Made by a program: the position numbers and the translations under genes. A stretch of 64,000 nt of DNA from NCBI GenBank assembly GCA_949373075.1, contig CASIBX010000008.1, forward strand, positions 985 through 64,984. The letters are read 5' to 3'. How positions within the stretch are numbered: position 1 is the stretch's first letter; each line of letters begins with the position of its first letter. Under the pieces are notes generated by a model. That model saw only the letters and a list, made by a program, of their open reading frames with translations, was not told the DNA's origin and searched no databases. This DNA comes from Candidatus Poseidoniaceae archaeon. Its GTDB lineage: Archaea; Thermoplasmatota; Poseidoniia; Poseidoniales; Poseidoniaceae. Positions 1-9,543 of this stretch are shown here, one piece after another.

Positions 1-1389
1 AGTAGGAGTGTGAACTAACCATTTGTGATTGACTACATCCACCGATCCTTCAACGTAACAAGTTTCAATTTGGACATCGTTATCTTCACACCACTTGTCA
101 GACATAGGAAGCATGATGTAAGCCCATGCGTGACCTTGCCAGGATTCGAATTTCGAATCAGTTAGGGCTCCAAAGACATACCATGTTGGAATACCTTTCA
201 CACGCATGATACTCATGAAAGCATTAGACTGTTCATCACAATCGCCCATTCCAGCATCTAGACATTGTTCACCACTGCGTGCCACATTAGGTGCATTGGT
301 GTCGTAAGGAACATTAGTATTCAGCCAATCGAAGGTTGCTCTTGCATATGCATATGCATTATCTTTCAAATCTCCTGGCAAGTTAGCTTCAATGCTAGAA
401 GCAACTTGGTAAATATTCGGAGCTTGAGATTGTCTTCCATCAATGGCCCAGTTAGATGGTGATGTGCCCTCATTACGATCATACCAATTCATCGTCGAGG
501 CAAATGTGTTCGCTCTTGAACCCCAGCCGCGTTCACTAATGTCATCAAATGTTCCCGAACGTGCTACACTTACACCTTCGGACTTACCCTCGATTTTTCC
601 ATCCATTCGGGTGGAATGCCACCATGTGTGAGTGCTCGAATGCAGAGTCACGGCAAAATCTACTTTTTCGTGAGTACCTGCTGGCACATCGATAGAAACT
701 CGTACACATGGACCGTGAGGACAGTAATCTGAACCAGTACCTTGTCCTGGCCACCAAACTAGATTACCATCAGATGTTACTACAGCATTGGCCTTACTTT
801 TTGTTCCAACTTTAGGTATAGTTATCTCATCCCCATCGATACGTAACTCCATACCGATTATCTTCTGAATATTCGACTTTTCAACTTCGGTCCCATCATT
901 AAATGCTAGAGCCACTGGGCCCAATTCATCACTTGAAACATCACTTGGCAGAGGTATCGATTCTTCTAGATGACCAACACCTGAACCATTATTCCATAGA
1001 TCGATTCCACGAATTACCGTGTATTCTGCTTCTAATGGATAAACTTGGTGAGGAGCTAAACCTTCCATCACATATTCTTCCAATTCAGCCCACTTTGCCA
1101 ATACGAATTCTCTTGCATCAGGCGTGAAGAAAATAAATGCGATTAATGCAACCAATCCGAGTTGGTTTATTTTACTCTTTTTTCGCCTTCCGCCTCGTTT
1201 AGTTTTTCCACTTTTCATCGAGTGTCTTGGAGCAACTCCAGTCCTCGCTTTCCGTGTGGAACCGCGCATGAATTCTCCCTTAACACGAGTATCCATACCG
1301 GATGCTCCTGTGATTACTCTACCACAACTGTAGCAGATAGAATCGCCCGCAAGGGTTTGGGCACGGCAGAAGGGACATGTTCCCATCAT
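1..1389 (-). CDS. transglutaminase-like (Cys/His/Asp) domain membrane protein with N-terminal zinc ribbon; 3' end runs off the window
   Basis: Not in the ORF track because there is no stop in the window. My translation of the minus strand from ATG 1389 gives MMGTCPFCRAQTLAGDSICYSCG (CxxC..CxxC), a basic stretch, TM helix LGLVALIAFIFF, then GMGDCDEQSNAFMSIMRVKGIP...QGHAWAYIM...SVDVVNH, which matches a transglutaminase core. The frame stays open to base 1. Confidence 0.7.
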   Translation of the reverse strand, partial: MMGTCPFCRAQTLAGDSICYSCGRVITGASGMDTRVKGEFMRGSTRKARTGVAPRHSMKSGKTKRGGRRKKSKINQLGLVALIAFIFFTPDAREFVLAKWAELEEYVMEGLAPHQVYPLEAEYTVIRGIDLWNNGSGVGHLEESIPLPSDVSSDELGPVALAFNDGTEVEKSNIQKIIGMELRIDGDEITIPKVGTKSKANAVVTSDGNLVWWPGQGTGSDYCPHGPCVRVSIDVPAGTHEKVDFAVTLHSSTHTWWHSTRMDGKIEGKSEGVSVARSGTFDDISERGWGSRANTFASTMNWYDRNEGTSPSNWAIDGRQSQAPNIYQVASSIEANLPGDLKDNAYAYARATFDWLNTNVPYDTNAPNVARSGEQCLDAGMGDCDEQSNAFMSIMRVKGIPTWYVFGALTDSKFESWQGHAWAYIMLPMSDKWCEDNDVQIETCYVEGSVDVVNHKWLVHTPT

Positions 1390-1495
1390 TTGGTACCCTG
1401 AACAGTACCCCCATGAAGGTTATCCATGATTATAAAAGTGAAAATTTCTATGTTTTTCGATAAAACTACTCCAAGTGACTTTAGTGAACAACTGC

Positions 1496-2218
1496 TTACT
1501 CTTCTTCAGAAGAATTATTCTTAGATGCGTCTGACCATATTCGCCTCAGGCGCCTTCTAGCAGGGTTTGGCACAGCCGCCCACACCCAATCCTGCGCCTT
1601 CTTTTCAGATAAGAGTAGAACTGGAAGCACAAATATCCAAGTTTTTGGATCAAATATTGCTGAATATATCGCAAATAGTAAAACAGTACAAAAGATGAAT
1701 GTTTTGAGGGTTGCTTTCCATCTTTTACCTAACAACATATCATATCCGTGCCTACAGAATATCAGGGCATGTCCTCTAGGGCTAACAATTGCTATCATGG
1801 CAATTGTAATAATAGTCATAATTGTTATTCCACCTGGTTCCAATACTCTGTATATGGAATACATTGCAACCATGCCGCCTACTGAGAGTCCCAAGGCCCA
1901 ACCGGTTGTTGGCTGAGACCCTGTTCTACGAACTCTTTCTCTTCTTAGTATCATGTGAACTATTACTGATAGAATAAGACAAAGAATAACATTGGTGAAA
2001 GGGAACCCCTCATCAGTCGTAATTAACGGTCTTAGGATGAAGCTATCGGCTAAATTACCGTAGAAACCCCCAAGCAGAATTCCCCAGAACATCATACTCC
2101 ATGCAGTTGTTAAGTCGTAAAACCCAGAATATCTGGTCATTACACCTCGCCATCCTAACCCCATGCCAACTAGTGCGACGATTGAAGCGACCTGGAATAG
2201 GATAAGGTCGCTTGCCAT
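1496..2218 (-). CDS. multi-pass integral membrane protein, unknown function
   Basis: ORF 1496..2245. The likely start is the ATG at 2218 (MASDLILFQ...), since the track start is TTG. About 7 hydrophobic helices and a basic/acidic C-terminal tail. I recognised no family motif. Confidence 0.55.
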   Translation of the reverse strand: MASDLILFQVASIVALVGMGLGWRGVMTRYSGFYDLTTAWSMMFWGILLGGFYGNLADSFILRPLITTDEGFPFTNVILCLILSVIVHMILRRERVRRTGSQPTTGWALGLSVGGMVAMYSIYRVLEPGGITIMTIITIAMIAIVSPRGHALIFCRHGYDMLLGKRWKATLKTFIFCTVLLFAIYSAIFDPKTWIFVLPVLLLSEKKAQDWVWAAVPNPARRRLRRIWSDASKNNSSEEE

Positions 2219-2295
2219 GTTACACCCCTGTAAACCACTATTCAAGTGAGTTGTGTAAACCTAAGGCTTGAATATGCCCGTCTCGAGGCTTACTT

Positions 2296-3459
2296 ATGGC
2301 ACGACTACTACTATTCGGTGGAAAAGGTGGCGTTGGTAAGACAACAACTTCTACTTCAACTGCTGTTGGTTTGGCTGATGCTGGATTGAAAGTCTTGCTT
2401 GTTAGCAGTGACCCTGCTCACAGCACATCAGATAGTCTAGGTGTCCAACTAAACTCTTCGCCCATGGAAGTCGAAGGTGTGCCTGGTCTTTGGGGCGTCG
2501 AGTTAGACCCTGAGGCTCGGATCTCAGATCATATTCCCAAGTTAACAGAAAGTTTAGGTCCGCTATTAGGTGGAGAGTCGCTGGACATGAATGCCTCTGA
2601 AATGGTACTTCCTGGACTTGATGAGGCTATGGCCTTTGACGAATTACTCAAACATCTTGAAAACCCAGATTGGGATGTTATTGTTTTTGACACTGCCCCA
2701 ACTGGTCATACGCTGCGTTTCCTCGCTCTGCCTGAAATCATTGAAAAGTGGGCGGATAAAATAATCAAGATGCACAGAGTAACCGGCGGCATTAGGGCAA
2801 TGATGTTTGGTGCTAAAGATGGCGATAAAATGAAGGCTGAGTTGGATAAGTTCCGTCGCCGAGTTTTACATGTAAGGCGCATATTATGCAATCCTGAAGT
2901 TACTCGTTTTACATTGGTAACCATTCCTGAAAAAATGGGTGTTAACGAAACTGTAAGAGCACATCACGCATTAGCAGAATTCAATCTGCCAGTGAGTGGG
3001 TGCGTGATTAATCGTATGACTCCTGATCTCGACCATGAGTTTATTCAAACTCGCAGAATTAACGAGAAATCGAACGTGGAATTACTAAAATCACAATTAC
3101 CAGACTTACATTTACATGAGGTTGAGTTGAAAGACACTGATATTCATGGTCTTGAATCACTGAGGGAGATGTCTAGCGAGTTACATGGCTCCATTTCTAT
3201 CGATGACGGTTTGGGGCCATTTTCGGTAGGTTTGGGTCTGGATGTTCACAGAGGAACTTGGTCTGAAGGCGATGATGTTTTACTACACTTACCCGGAATA
3301 GTTAGAGAAGACCTTTCTTTACGCAGTGAAGGCGGAACAGTGCTTGTTGGAATAAATGAGAGAGAACACCCTGTACCCTTCAATCGCCCAGCCAAGGCAA
3401 GTGAAGTCAATGCTAAACTCGAAAATGAAGTTCTCAGATTAACATTCCCTCCTGAATAA
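2296..3459 (+). CDS. ArsA/GET3-family P-loop ATPase with C-terminal HSP20-like domain
   Basis: GGKGGVGKTTTS deviant Walker A, SSDPAHSTSD and DTAPTGHTLRFL signature motifs. The C-terminal ~70 aa (LLHLPGIVREDLSLRSEGGTVLVGINEREH...VLRLTFP) looks like an alpha-crystallin/HSP20 beta-sandwich. Confidence 0.85.
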   Translation: MARLLLFGGKGGVGKTTTSTSTAVGLADAGLKVLLVSSDPAHSTSDSLGVQLNSSPMEVEGVPGLWGVELDPEARISDHIPKLTESLGPLLGGESLDMNASEMVLPGLDEAMAFDELLKHLENPDWDVIVFDTAPTGHTLRFLALPEIIEKWADKIIKMHRVTGGIRAMMFGAKDGDKMKAELDKFRRRVLHVRRILCNPEVTRFTLVTIPEKMGVNETVRAHHALAEFNLPVSGCVINRMTPDLDHEFIQTRRINEKSNVELLKSQLPDLHLHEVELKDTDIHGLESLREMSSELHGSISIDDGLGPFSVGLGLDVHRGTWSEGDDVLLHLPGIVREDLSLRSEGGTVLVGINEREHPVPFNRPAKASEVNAKLENEVLRLTFPPE

Positions 3460-3501
3460 TCTTCCGTTGGGTTCAAACCCAATGCACTTTTGGGCATCAG
3501 C

Positions 3502-4875
3502 ATGGCACTCGAGTCACTCTCCAGAGGTATCTTCTCTGCACTCGGTTTGCTCAAGAATAAACGTAAGCTGGATGAAGACGAATTAAAGGAGATGCTTCGC
3601 TCTCTTAGAAGGGCATTACAGGAGGCGGATTTCAACGTCAGGCAGACAAAGGAAATCACAGATAAACTTGAGATGAGGATGCGAGAGGATGAGCCAAGAC
3701 CTGGCGTCAACCTTCAGACCCATGCTATGAATATTCTTTACACTGAATTGGTAAGACTACTAGGCCCATCCCGTGAGGTCAGGCCGCATCAGTCCACCAT
3801 ATTGATGGTCGGACTATACGGTAATGGAAAGACCACCAGTACTGCTAAGTTGGCTGAATGGTACAGAAAGAAGCACGGTGTTCGTGTCGCAGTAATCGAG
3901 GCTGACGTACATCGACCAGGTGCATATAATCAACTCTCACAATTATTAGAGGACTCTACGGTTGAAGTATATGGAGAACCAGATAATAAGAGCGCTGTTG
4001 ACATTGTTAAGAACGGTCTCAAAGCACATGCTGCTGCCGATTTAGTCATTATCGATACAGCGGGCCGTCATAAATTGGATCAAGATCTAGTTGTGGAATT
4101 AGAACAGATTTCTGAAATTGCAAATGCAAATGAAAGGTTCCTTGTCATCGATGCCCAAGTCGGCCAATCAGCCGGACCAGTAGCTGCCAATTTCCACGAT
4201 CTTGCAGGTGTTACTGGTATTGTAATCACTAAACTGGATGGTACCGCAAGAGGTGGTGGCGCACTTTCTGCTGTTGCGACAACTGGTGCACCCGTGATGT
4301 ATATCGGAACTGGAGAGAAAGTTGGAGACATTGAGAAATTTGAATCGGACAGATTCATTTCAAGATTGTTAGGAATGGGTGACATTAGGGGATTGATTGA
4401 TCTTGCCCCTGAAGATATGGATGAAGAAGAAGCAATGCGTATCACTCAACGCATGATGTCTGGTCGCTTTACTCTCAATGACATGTATTCTCAAATGGAA
4501 ATGATGTCCAAAGTTGGCACTATTGACAAATTACTTTCTTTCCTTCCATCGGGAATGTTCGGTGGAATGGGCGCCATGGGCAAGAACCAGAAAGAGGCAA
4601 TGCAAGGTAACTTAGATCGTTATCAAGTTATCATGGACTCTATGACAACTAATGAAAAAGACGAACCTGCTAAGATTAAAGCAGACCGTATCCGAAGAAT
4701 TGCCCGTGGTTCTGGAGTTAAAGAGAAAGATGTCCGCGAACTTATTGGCCAATGGAATCGTTCTCGAAAGATGATGAAGGGAATGAGCGGTAATCGTAAG
4801 ATGAACAAACAGATGAAGCAAATGATGCGTGACTCTGAAATGGAAGATCTTGGAATCGGATCTCGAGATATGTAA
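3502..4875 (+). CDS. srp54: signal recognition particle protein SRP54
   Basis: N domain, then G domain motifs GLYGNGKTTSTAKLA, DTAGRH and TKLDGTARGGGALS, then a Met-rich M domain. The ATG at 3502 is preferred over the TTG at 3490. Confidence 0.95.
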   Translation: MALESLSRGIFSALGLLKNKRKLDEDELKEMLRSLRRALQEADFNVRQTKEITDKLEMRMREDEPRPGVNLQTHAMNILYTELVRLLGPSREVRPHQSTILMVGLYGNGKTTSTAKLAEWYRKKHGVRVAVIEADVHRPGAYNQLSQLLEDSTVEVYGEPDNKSAVDIVKNGLKAHAAADLVIIDTAGRHKLDQDLVVELEQISEIANANERFLVIDAQVGQSAGPVAANFHDLAGVTGIVITKLDGTARGGGALSAVATTGAPVMYIGTGEKVGDIEKFESDRFISRLLGMGDIRGLIDLAPEDMDEEEAMRITQRMMSGRFTLNDMYSQMEMMSKVGTIDKLLSFLPSGMFGGMGAMGKNQKEAMQGNLDRYQVIMDSMTTNEKDEPAKIKADRIRRIARGSGVKEKDVRELIGQWNRSRKMMKGMSGNRKMNKQMKQMMRDSEMEDLGIGSRDM

Positions 4876-6371
4876 TCAGTATGTCTTAGCAAGAAGCACT
4901 CTTCTTGTAGTCGGTTTACCTGACATGAAGCAAGGTCTTTCCACATCATAAGGTTCTGTTGCATCACCTAAGGAATGAAAGCCCAGTAGTTCGTTCTATA
5001 GTTTCAGCATGTGAGTCTGTGCCATCGAAAGCCATCTCGTAAATTTTACCATCTTCAACATCATCTAGGCTCGTTAATGGGACTACTACATTTTCAGTGT
5101 GAGCACTTGCTCTAAACGTAATTCATCGGCAATTTCGATTAATACATTGCGACATTCTTCAACGATATTTGTCAATGGAAGAGGTCTCTTTCCACCAGTA
5201 CTGATTGCTGCAAATGCAGAGTCGTTTTCTATATCTCGAGGACCAATATCCAGGCGTAGTGGAACACCCTTTGATTTCCCAATCGAAATACTTCTGTCCT
5301 GCATGGATGTCCCTAGAGTCTACCTTTACACGTAGGCCTGCCGATCTTTAGAATAGTTGCAACTTCGTTGCTTTAGCCACAGTGTCAACTTCTGAGTTTT
5401 TGCGAATCATTGGACAGATTACTATCTGGTGAGGAGCTATTGCTGGTGGCATTATCAATCCATTATCATCACCATGCATTCCAACAATAGCGCCAAGTAA
5501 ACGCTCAGACATACCGTATGTTGTTTGGTGGCAGTGCTGTTGTTGGGCATCCAAATTCTCATATGACAAATCGAATGCCTTTGCCCATTGGTCACGATAA
5601 TGGTGGCAAGAAGCTACCTGTAATGTACGACCATTCGGCATTATGGCATCGATTGCAATAGTGTACCATGCTCCTGGAAATGTATCCCAAACAGGACGCT
5701 TCGCCTTAATTACAGGTAAGCATAGGTCGTGCATTAAATTATCAACTATCTCCAAATCTTGAGCGATCTGTCTGACTTGCACAATCTTCGTCAGCATGAG
5801 CTGTATGCGCTTCGAAAAAGTGAATTTCTCTGACCCGAATAAATGAACGGGTTTGTTTTGTTTCATATCTGAATGTGTTGACCATCTGGTATACTTTCAA
5901 TGGCAAATCTTTGTGTGAACGAACCCACAATGGGAACATTGTGTACATCGCCGTTTCACTAGTAGGACGCAAAAACATAGGAATATCCAATTCATTATCG
6001 CCTGCATGTTTGACCCAGTAAACTTCTTTCTTGAATCCACCTTCTTCATCTTCACCGCGTAAATCGTCAGGGTCTACTCCTTCTTCCCTAGCGCGTTTCA
6101 ATCGAGCAACTAGTGCATTTTCCTTATCGAGTAGGTTTTCAGGAATCAGTAATGGGAAATTAACCTCTTCATGGTCGGTCCTTTCCATTTCTGCATGTGT
6201 AAGGGCATCGATAAGTTTCATGGTTCGCCAGCCATAAGGCCTCCATACATCCATTCCCTTGATTGGATATCTCTTATCGACAAGTTCTGCCGCCTCGACA
6301 ATAAAGGGGTACCATGAATTGAAATCCTCAATCTTGGAAGGTATTCCGCGCTTGGCTTTGCCATTTCCCAT
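4876..6371 (-). pseudogene. proS: prolyl-tRNA synthetase (archaeal/eukaryal type), frame-disrupted into at least 5 pieces (consensus error or pseudogene)
   Basis: Track fragments 5742..6401, 5348..5866 and 5086..5304, plus two untracked pieces. Class II motifs are present ([26 protein letters not shown]; YGMSERLLGAIVGMHGDDNGL; KGVPLRLDIGPRD). The last piece ends ...RRVLLAKTY then TGA at 4876-4878. Confidence 0.9.
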
Positions 6372-6946
6372 AATTAGTACTCCTAAGAGGCCGTTCATCA
6401 AATTGCCGCATCACTTTCGCACGAAAGCGACAATGAGTAATAGTAAACTTGAATCCCACGGCAATATAATCTGGGATACCGATTTCAGGGTAAGGTAGTG
6501 ACCATCCCATTTCATTAGAAATTTGATTAATTCCTGCCCAATTGATTCTGCTAGAGTCTGAATTACAGGTATCTGCTGAGCACAGAGTAGTAAGGAACCC
6601 CAATGCTCCAAAAATATTAGCAACTGCTACAGAAAGGGCTGAAAAACTGAAAAACTTCAGTACATATCCCTTCTTAACATTCTTTGTTGCTGCGATTTCT
6701 GGAAGAGCAGGCATTGGTAAAGTAATTGGGTTGGAGCCAGGAACGACTTCTATCATTGAATCATGTGAAGTTACTGCAGTAGATTACTTCAACATGCGGT
6801 ACCTCAGGTTCATGGCTAGACTTAGTAGGCGTAATCGGTTCAATGTTCAGACCGAAAATACGCTCTGCAAGGCTGGCAAGAATAGGGTCAGAAGCGATTT
6901 CTGCCTCATCGATATCGCCATCGAGAAGACGCTTTACTTTGCTCAT
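6328..6946 (-). CDS. hypothetical protein(s); two ORFs (6761..6946 and 6328..6756) that may be one gene split by a +1 frame break near 6757-6765
   Basis: [23 protein letters not shown]... stops at 6761. [10 protein letters not shown]... starts 5 nt later in the +1 frame and contains one hydrophobic helix ([24 protein letters not shown]). The 3' end overlaps the proS start, so it is probably mis-framed. It lies inside the frame-disrupted block. Confidence 0.3.
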
Positions 6947-7011
6947 CGTGACTGGTCATATCATTCGCCTCCTAACCGATGTGGGCAGGTGCTCATTATC
7001 AAGCGTTCGCT

Positions 7012-7678
7012 TCAAGCATTACCTGCTGCTTCAACCTCAGCCCAGTCTTTCATGAATCCAGCAAGCCCTTTGTCGGTTAGAGGATGGCTCATCAATTGGC
7101 GGAAGGTTTTGGTTGGCATTGTTACAGTGTGTGCGCCCAATTGCATACAAGCCAAAACGTGAGTTGGGTGGCGTATTGATGCTGCGAGAACCTTGGTATC
7201 GAACATTGTAATTATCCCAGGTAGCCATAATCTCTGCAATCAGAGCCATTCCATCAGCACCAGTATCATCTATACGTCCAATAAATGGTGAAACATATGT
7301 CGCACCAGCCTTTGCAGCCATCAATGCTTGAGCAGCAGAGAATACTAGTGTGACATTTGTCTTAATTCCATCATCAGTAAGGATTTTTGTTGCAGCTAAG
7401 CCTTCAGGAGTACAAGGAATCTTGATTATCACATTAGGCGGTAATTCTTCTTTCAATGCTCTACCCTGTTCTACCATTCCGGCAGTATCTAATGCGGTTA
7501 CTTCTGCAGAAATTGGGCCGTCACAAATCGATGCGATTTCGGCAACAACCGTTTTGAAGTCTCTTCCACTCTTCTTAATCAAAGAAGGGTTTGTGGTTAC
7601 TCCATCCAGAATACCCCAAGAGGCAATTTCACGAATTTCATCAACATCAGCGGTGTCTAGAGAAGAACTCCATGACAT
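7012..7678 (-). pseudogene. tal: transaldolase / fructose-6-phosphate aldolase family (short TalC type), one frame break near 7205-7220
   Basis: [12 protein letters not shown]...GVTTNPSLI...IIKIPCT...TNVTLVFS...[13 protein letters not shown] in ORF 7037..7678. The conserved C-terminus [15 protein letters not shown]...[15 protein letters not shown] continues in ORF 7012..7239. Confidence 0.9.
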
Positions 7679-7699
7679 GGTGTCGCAGTAGACGGTGCT

Positions 7700-8638
7700 T
7701 CAAGCCTTCCTCGCGATTGCCCTCTTTGCAGCATCGGAAATATGGTGGGATTTCAACCCCATCATTTCCAACATTTCGTCAGAACTCTGCCGACTCGCCA
7801 AAGCGATCTGGAACTCCGATTCTCTCCATTGGGATTGGATTTGTTGTGATTAAATGCTCAGCAACCGCTCCACCTAGTCCGCCAATTATAGAGTGGTCTT
7901 CTGCGGTGACTATTGCACCATGAGTCGCCGCCAGTGAATCTATTAGTTTTGTATCCAATGGTTTGAGAGTATGCATGTCAATAACAGATGCACTTACTCC
8001 CTCTGCAGCCAATGCTTCTGCAGCATTGATTGCTTCGTGTACAAGAACTCCACATGCAATTATAGCAACATCGCTACCTTCTTTGACAACCATTCCTTTT
8101 CCAATTTTAATTTCATCTTCACGGCCATCGTAAAGAACTGGTGTTTTGTTACGAGCAGTACGCATGTAAGACGGACTTCCTAAATCTGGAAGTTGCATAG
8201 TTAGCGCTTTTGTAGATACATCATCACACGGATGCATGACAACGACATTAGGTAGATGTACGGTAAATTGCCAAGTCCTCAATCGATTGAGCGCTGGAGC
8301 CGTCTGTACCCGTGTGTGTCCCACCATGGGAACCACATAGGTGGACAGCCAAGATTAGGCCTAGCAACTCCATTACGCATCTGTTCAAAGGCCCTTTCGG
8401 TAAATATTGCAAAGGTGCTTGCAAATGGAATATACCCGCTGGATGCTAAGACCCGCGCCACTTACCAATAGCATATTCTGTTCACCAATTCCACAAGAAA
8501 CAGTGCGCTCAGGGTGTGCTTTTCTGAAGTGTAGGGACTTGGTTGATTTACCTAAGGTCTGCCTCTAGGACGACGACCTTCGGATTACCGGCAAGAGCCA
8601 GATAGTGCCTCCCCGTATCCGTCTCTGGTTGCGGCCAT
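7700..8638 (-). pseudogene. transketolase, C-terminal (pyrimidine-binding) subunit, at least 6 frame breaks
   Basis: My translation: MAATRDGYGEAL | LALAGNPKVVVLEADL | GKSTKSLHFRKAHPERTVSCGIGEQNM... | ASSGYIPFASTFAIFTERAFEQMRNGVARPN | LAVHLCGSHGGTHTGTDGSSAQSIEDLAIYRT | LPNVVVMHPCDD...DRFGESAE | SDEMLEMMGLKSHHISDAAKRAIARKA, then stop at 7700-7702. Confidence 0.9.
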
Positions 8639-9478
8639 ACTGGCTCATGCATTCCACCCCTAGTTCACCTAAGAGCCAGATTGCCAACTGTTCATCTGAA
8701 GGTGCCGCCCCATGGAAAGCGGGATTATTCTCCATGAACGAGACACCCTTTCCTTTCACTGTATTTGCGATTACAACTGCTGGTTTGTCTTTTATTGAGT
8801 CCATCCATTCAATTGCTGTAACTATCTCTGACATGTTGTGCCCATCGATAACTTTGACAGCCCAACCGAATGAATTCCACTTTGCAGGTATGTCGAACAT
8901 CCTCATCTGAGTTTCACAGAAATCATCATTTTGGATACGGTTACAATCTAGGAATAATTTCAGATTGCCCAGTTCATGATGTGCAGCCGCCATAGCTGCT
9001 TCCCAAATACTACCTTCCTGGATCTCACCATCACCGACCATCACATACGCATTTCTGTCTGAACCATCAAGTTTAGCAGCAATGGCACAGCCCATAGCCA
9101 TATGATAGTCCCATTCCAAGACTACCTGCAGAGAAATCAACCCCTGGGCACCATTTCATGTCTACGTGGCCTTGGCAAACGCCACCTTTTACACGATAAG
9201 ATTCCAAATCAGCATGAGAAATGAATCCCATCTCTGCCAATACCGCATACATACCTGGTGATGCGTGTCCTTTGGATAGAATAAACCGATCACGGTCTTC
9301 CCACTTCTGGATTATCTGGTTGAACCCTCAACCTGCTACCGTACAGCGCACATAGAATATCAATTTCCGAAAGGGAACCACCTGGGTGTCCTGCTTGAGC
9401 ACGATGAACCATCTTGCAAATTTCAATACGACATTTACGTGCCATTTCTTCTAGTTCTGAGATATTCATTGCAGCCAT
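8565..9478 (-). pseudogene. transketolase, N-terminal (TPP-binding) subunit, at least 2-3 frame breaks; true 3' end unresolved (about 8640-8650)
   Basis: AQAGHPGGSLSEIDIL...NPE | WEDRDRFILSKGHASPGMYAVLAEMGF...GSLGMGLS | MAMGCAIAAKLDGSDRNAYVMVGDGEIQEGSIWEAAMAAAHHELGNL. The track fragments are 9290..9481 and 8565..9140. Confidence 0.9.
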
Positions 9479-9543
9479 CAATGCCCCTTCCGAAACATGG
9501 CCTTTGACTATGGCCTTTGATGGTTGTGTTCAGAAACTACGAA

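Noticed and set aside
3467-3482. tRNA T-arm-like hairpin TTGGG-TTCAAA-CCCAA between the ArsA-family gene and srp54.
   Set aside because: There is no acceptor, D or anticodon arm around it, and the loop is 6 nt. It is at most a weak terminator or spacer hairpin.
5348-5350. In-frame TAA in proS (and TAG codons in the OPT gene near 10712 and 10950), considered as possible stop-codon recoding such as pyrrolysine or readthrough.
   Set aside because: They occur only inside the frame-disrupted block. The OPT TAG near 10950 disappears when neighbouring frame switches are allowed. For the proS TAA, the alternative frame reads a more natural ...NEVATILKSAGLRV... The OPT TAG near 10712 remains unresolved. 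No Pyl or Sec machinery or consistent context was seen.
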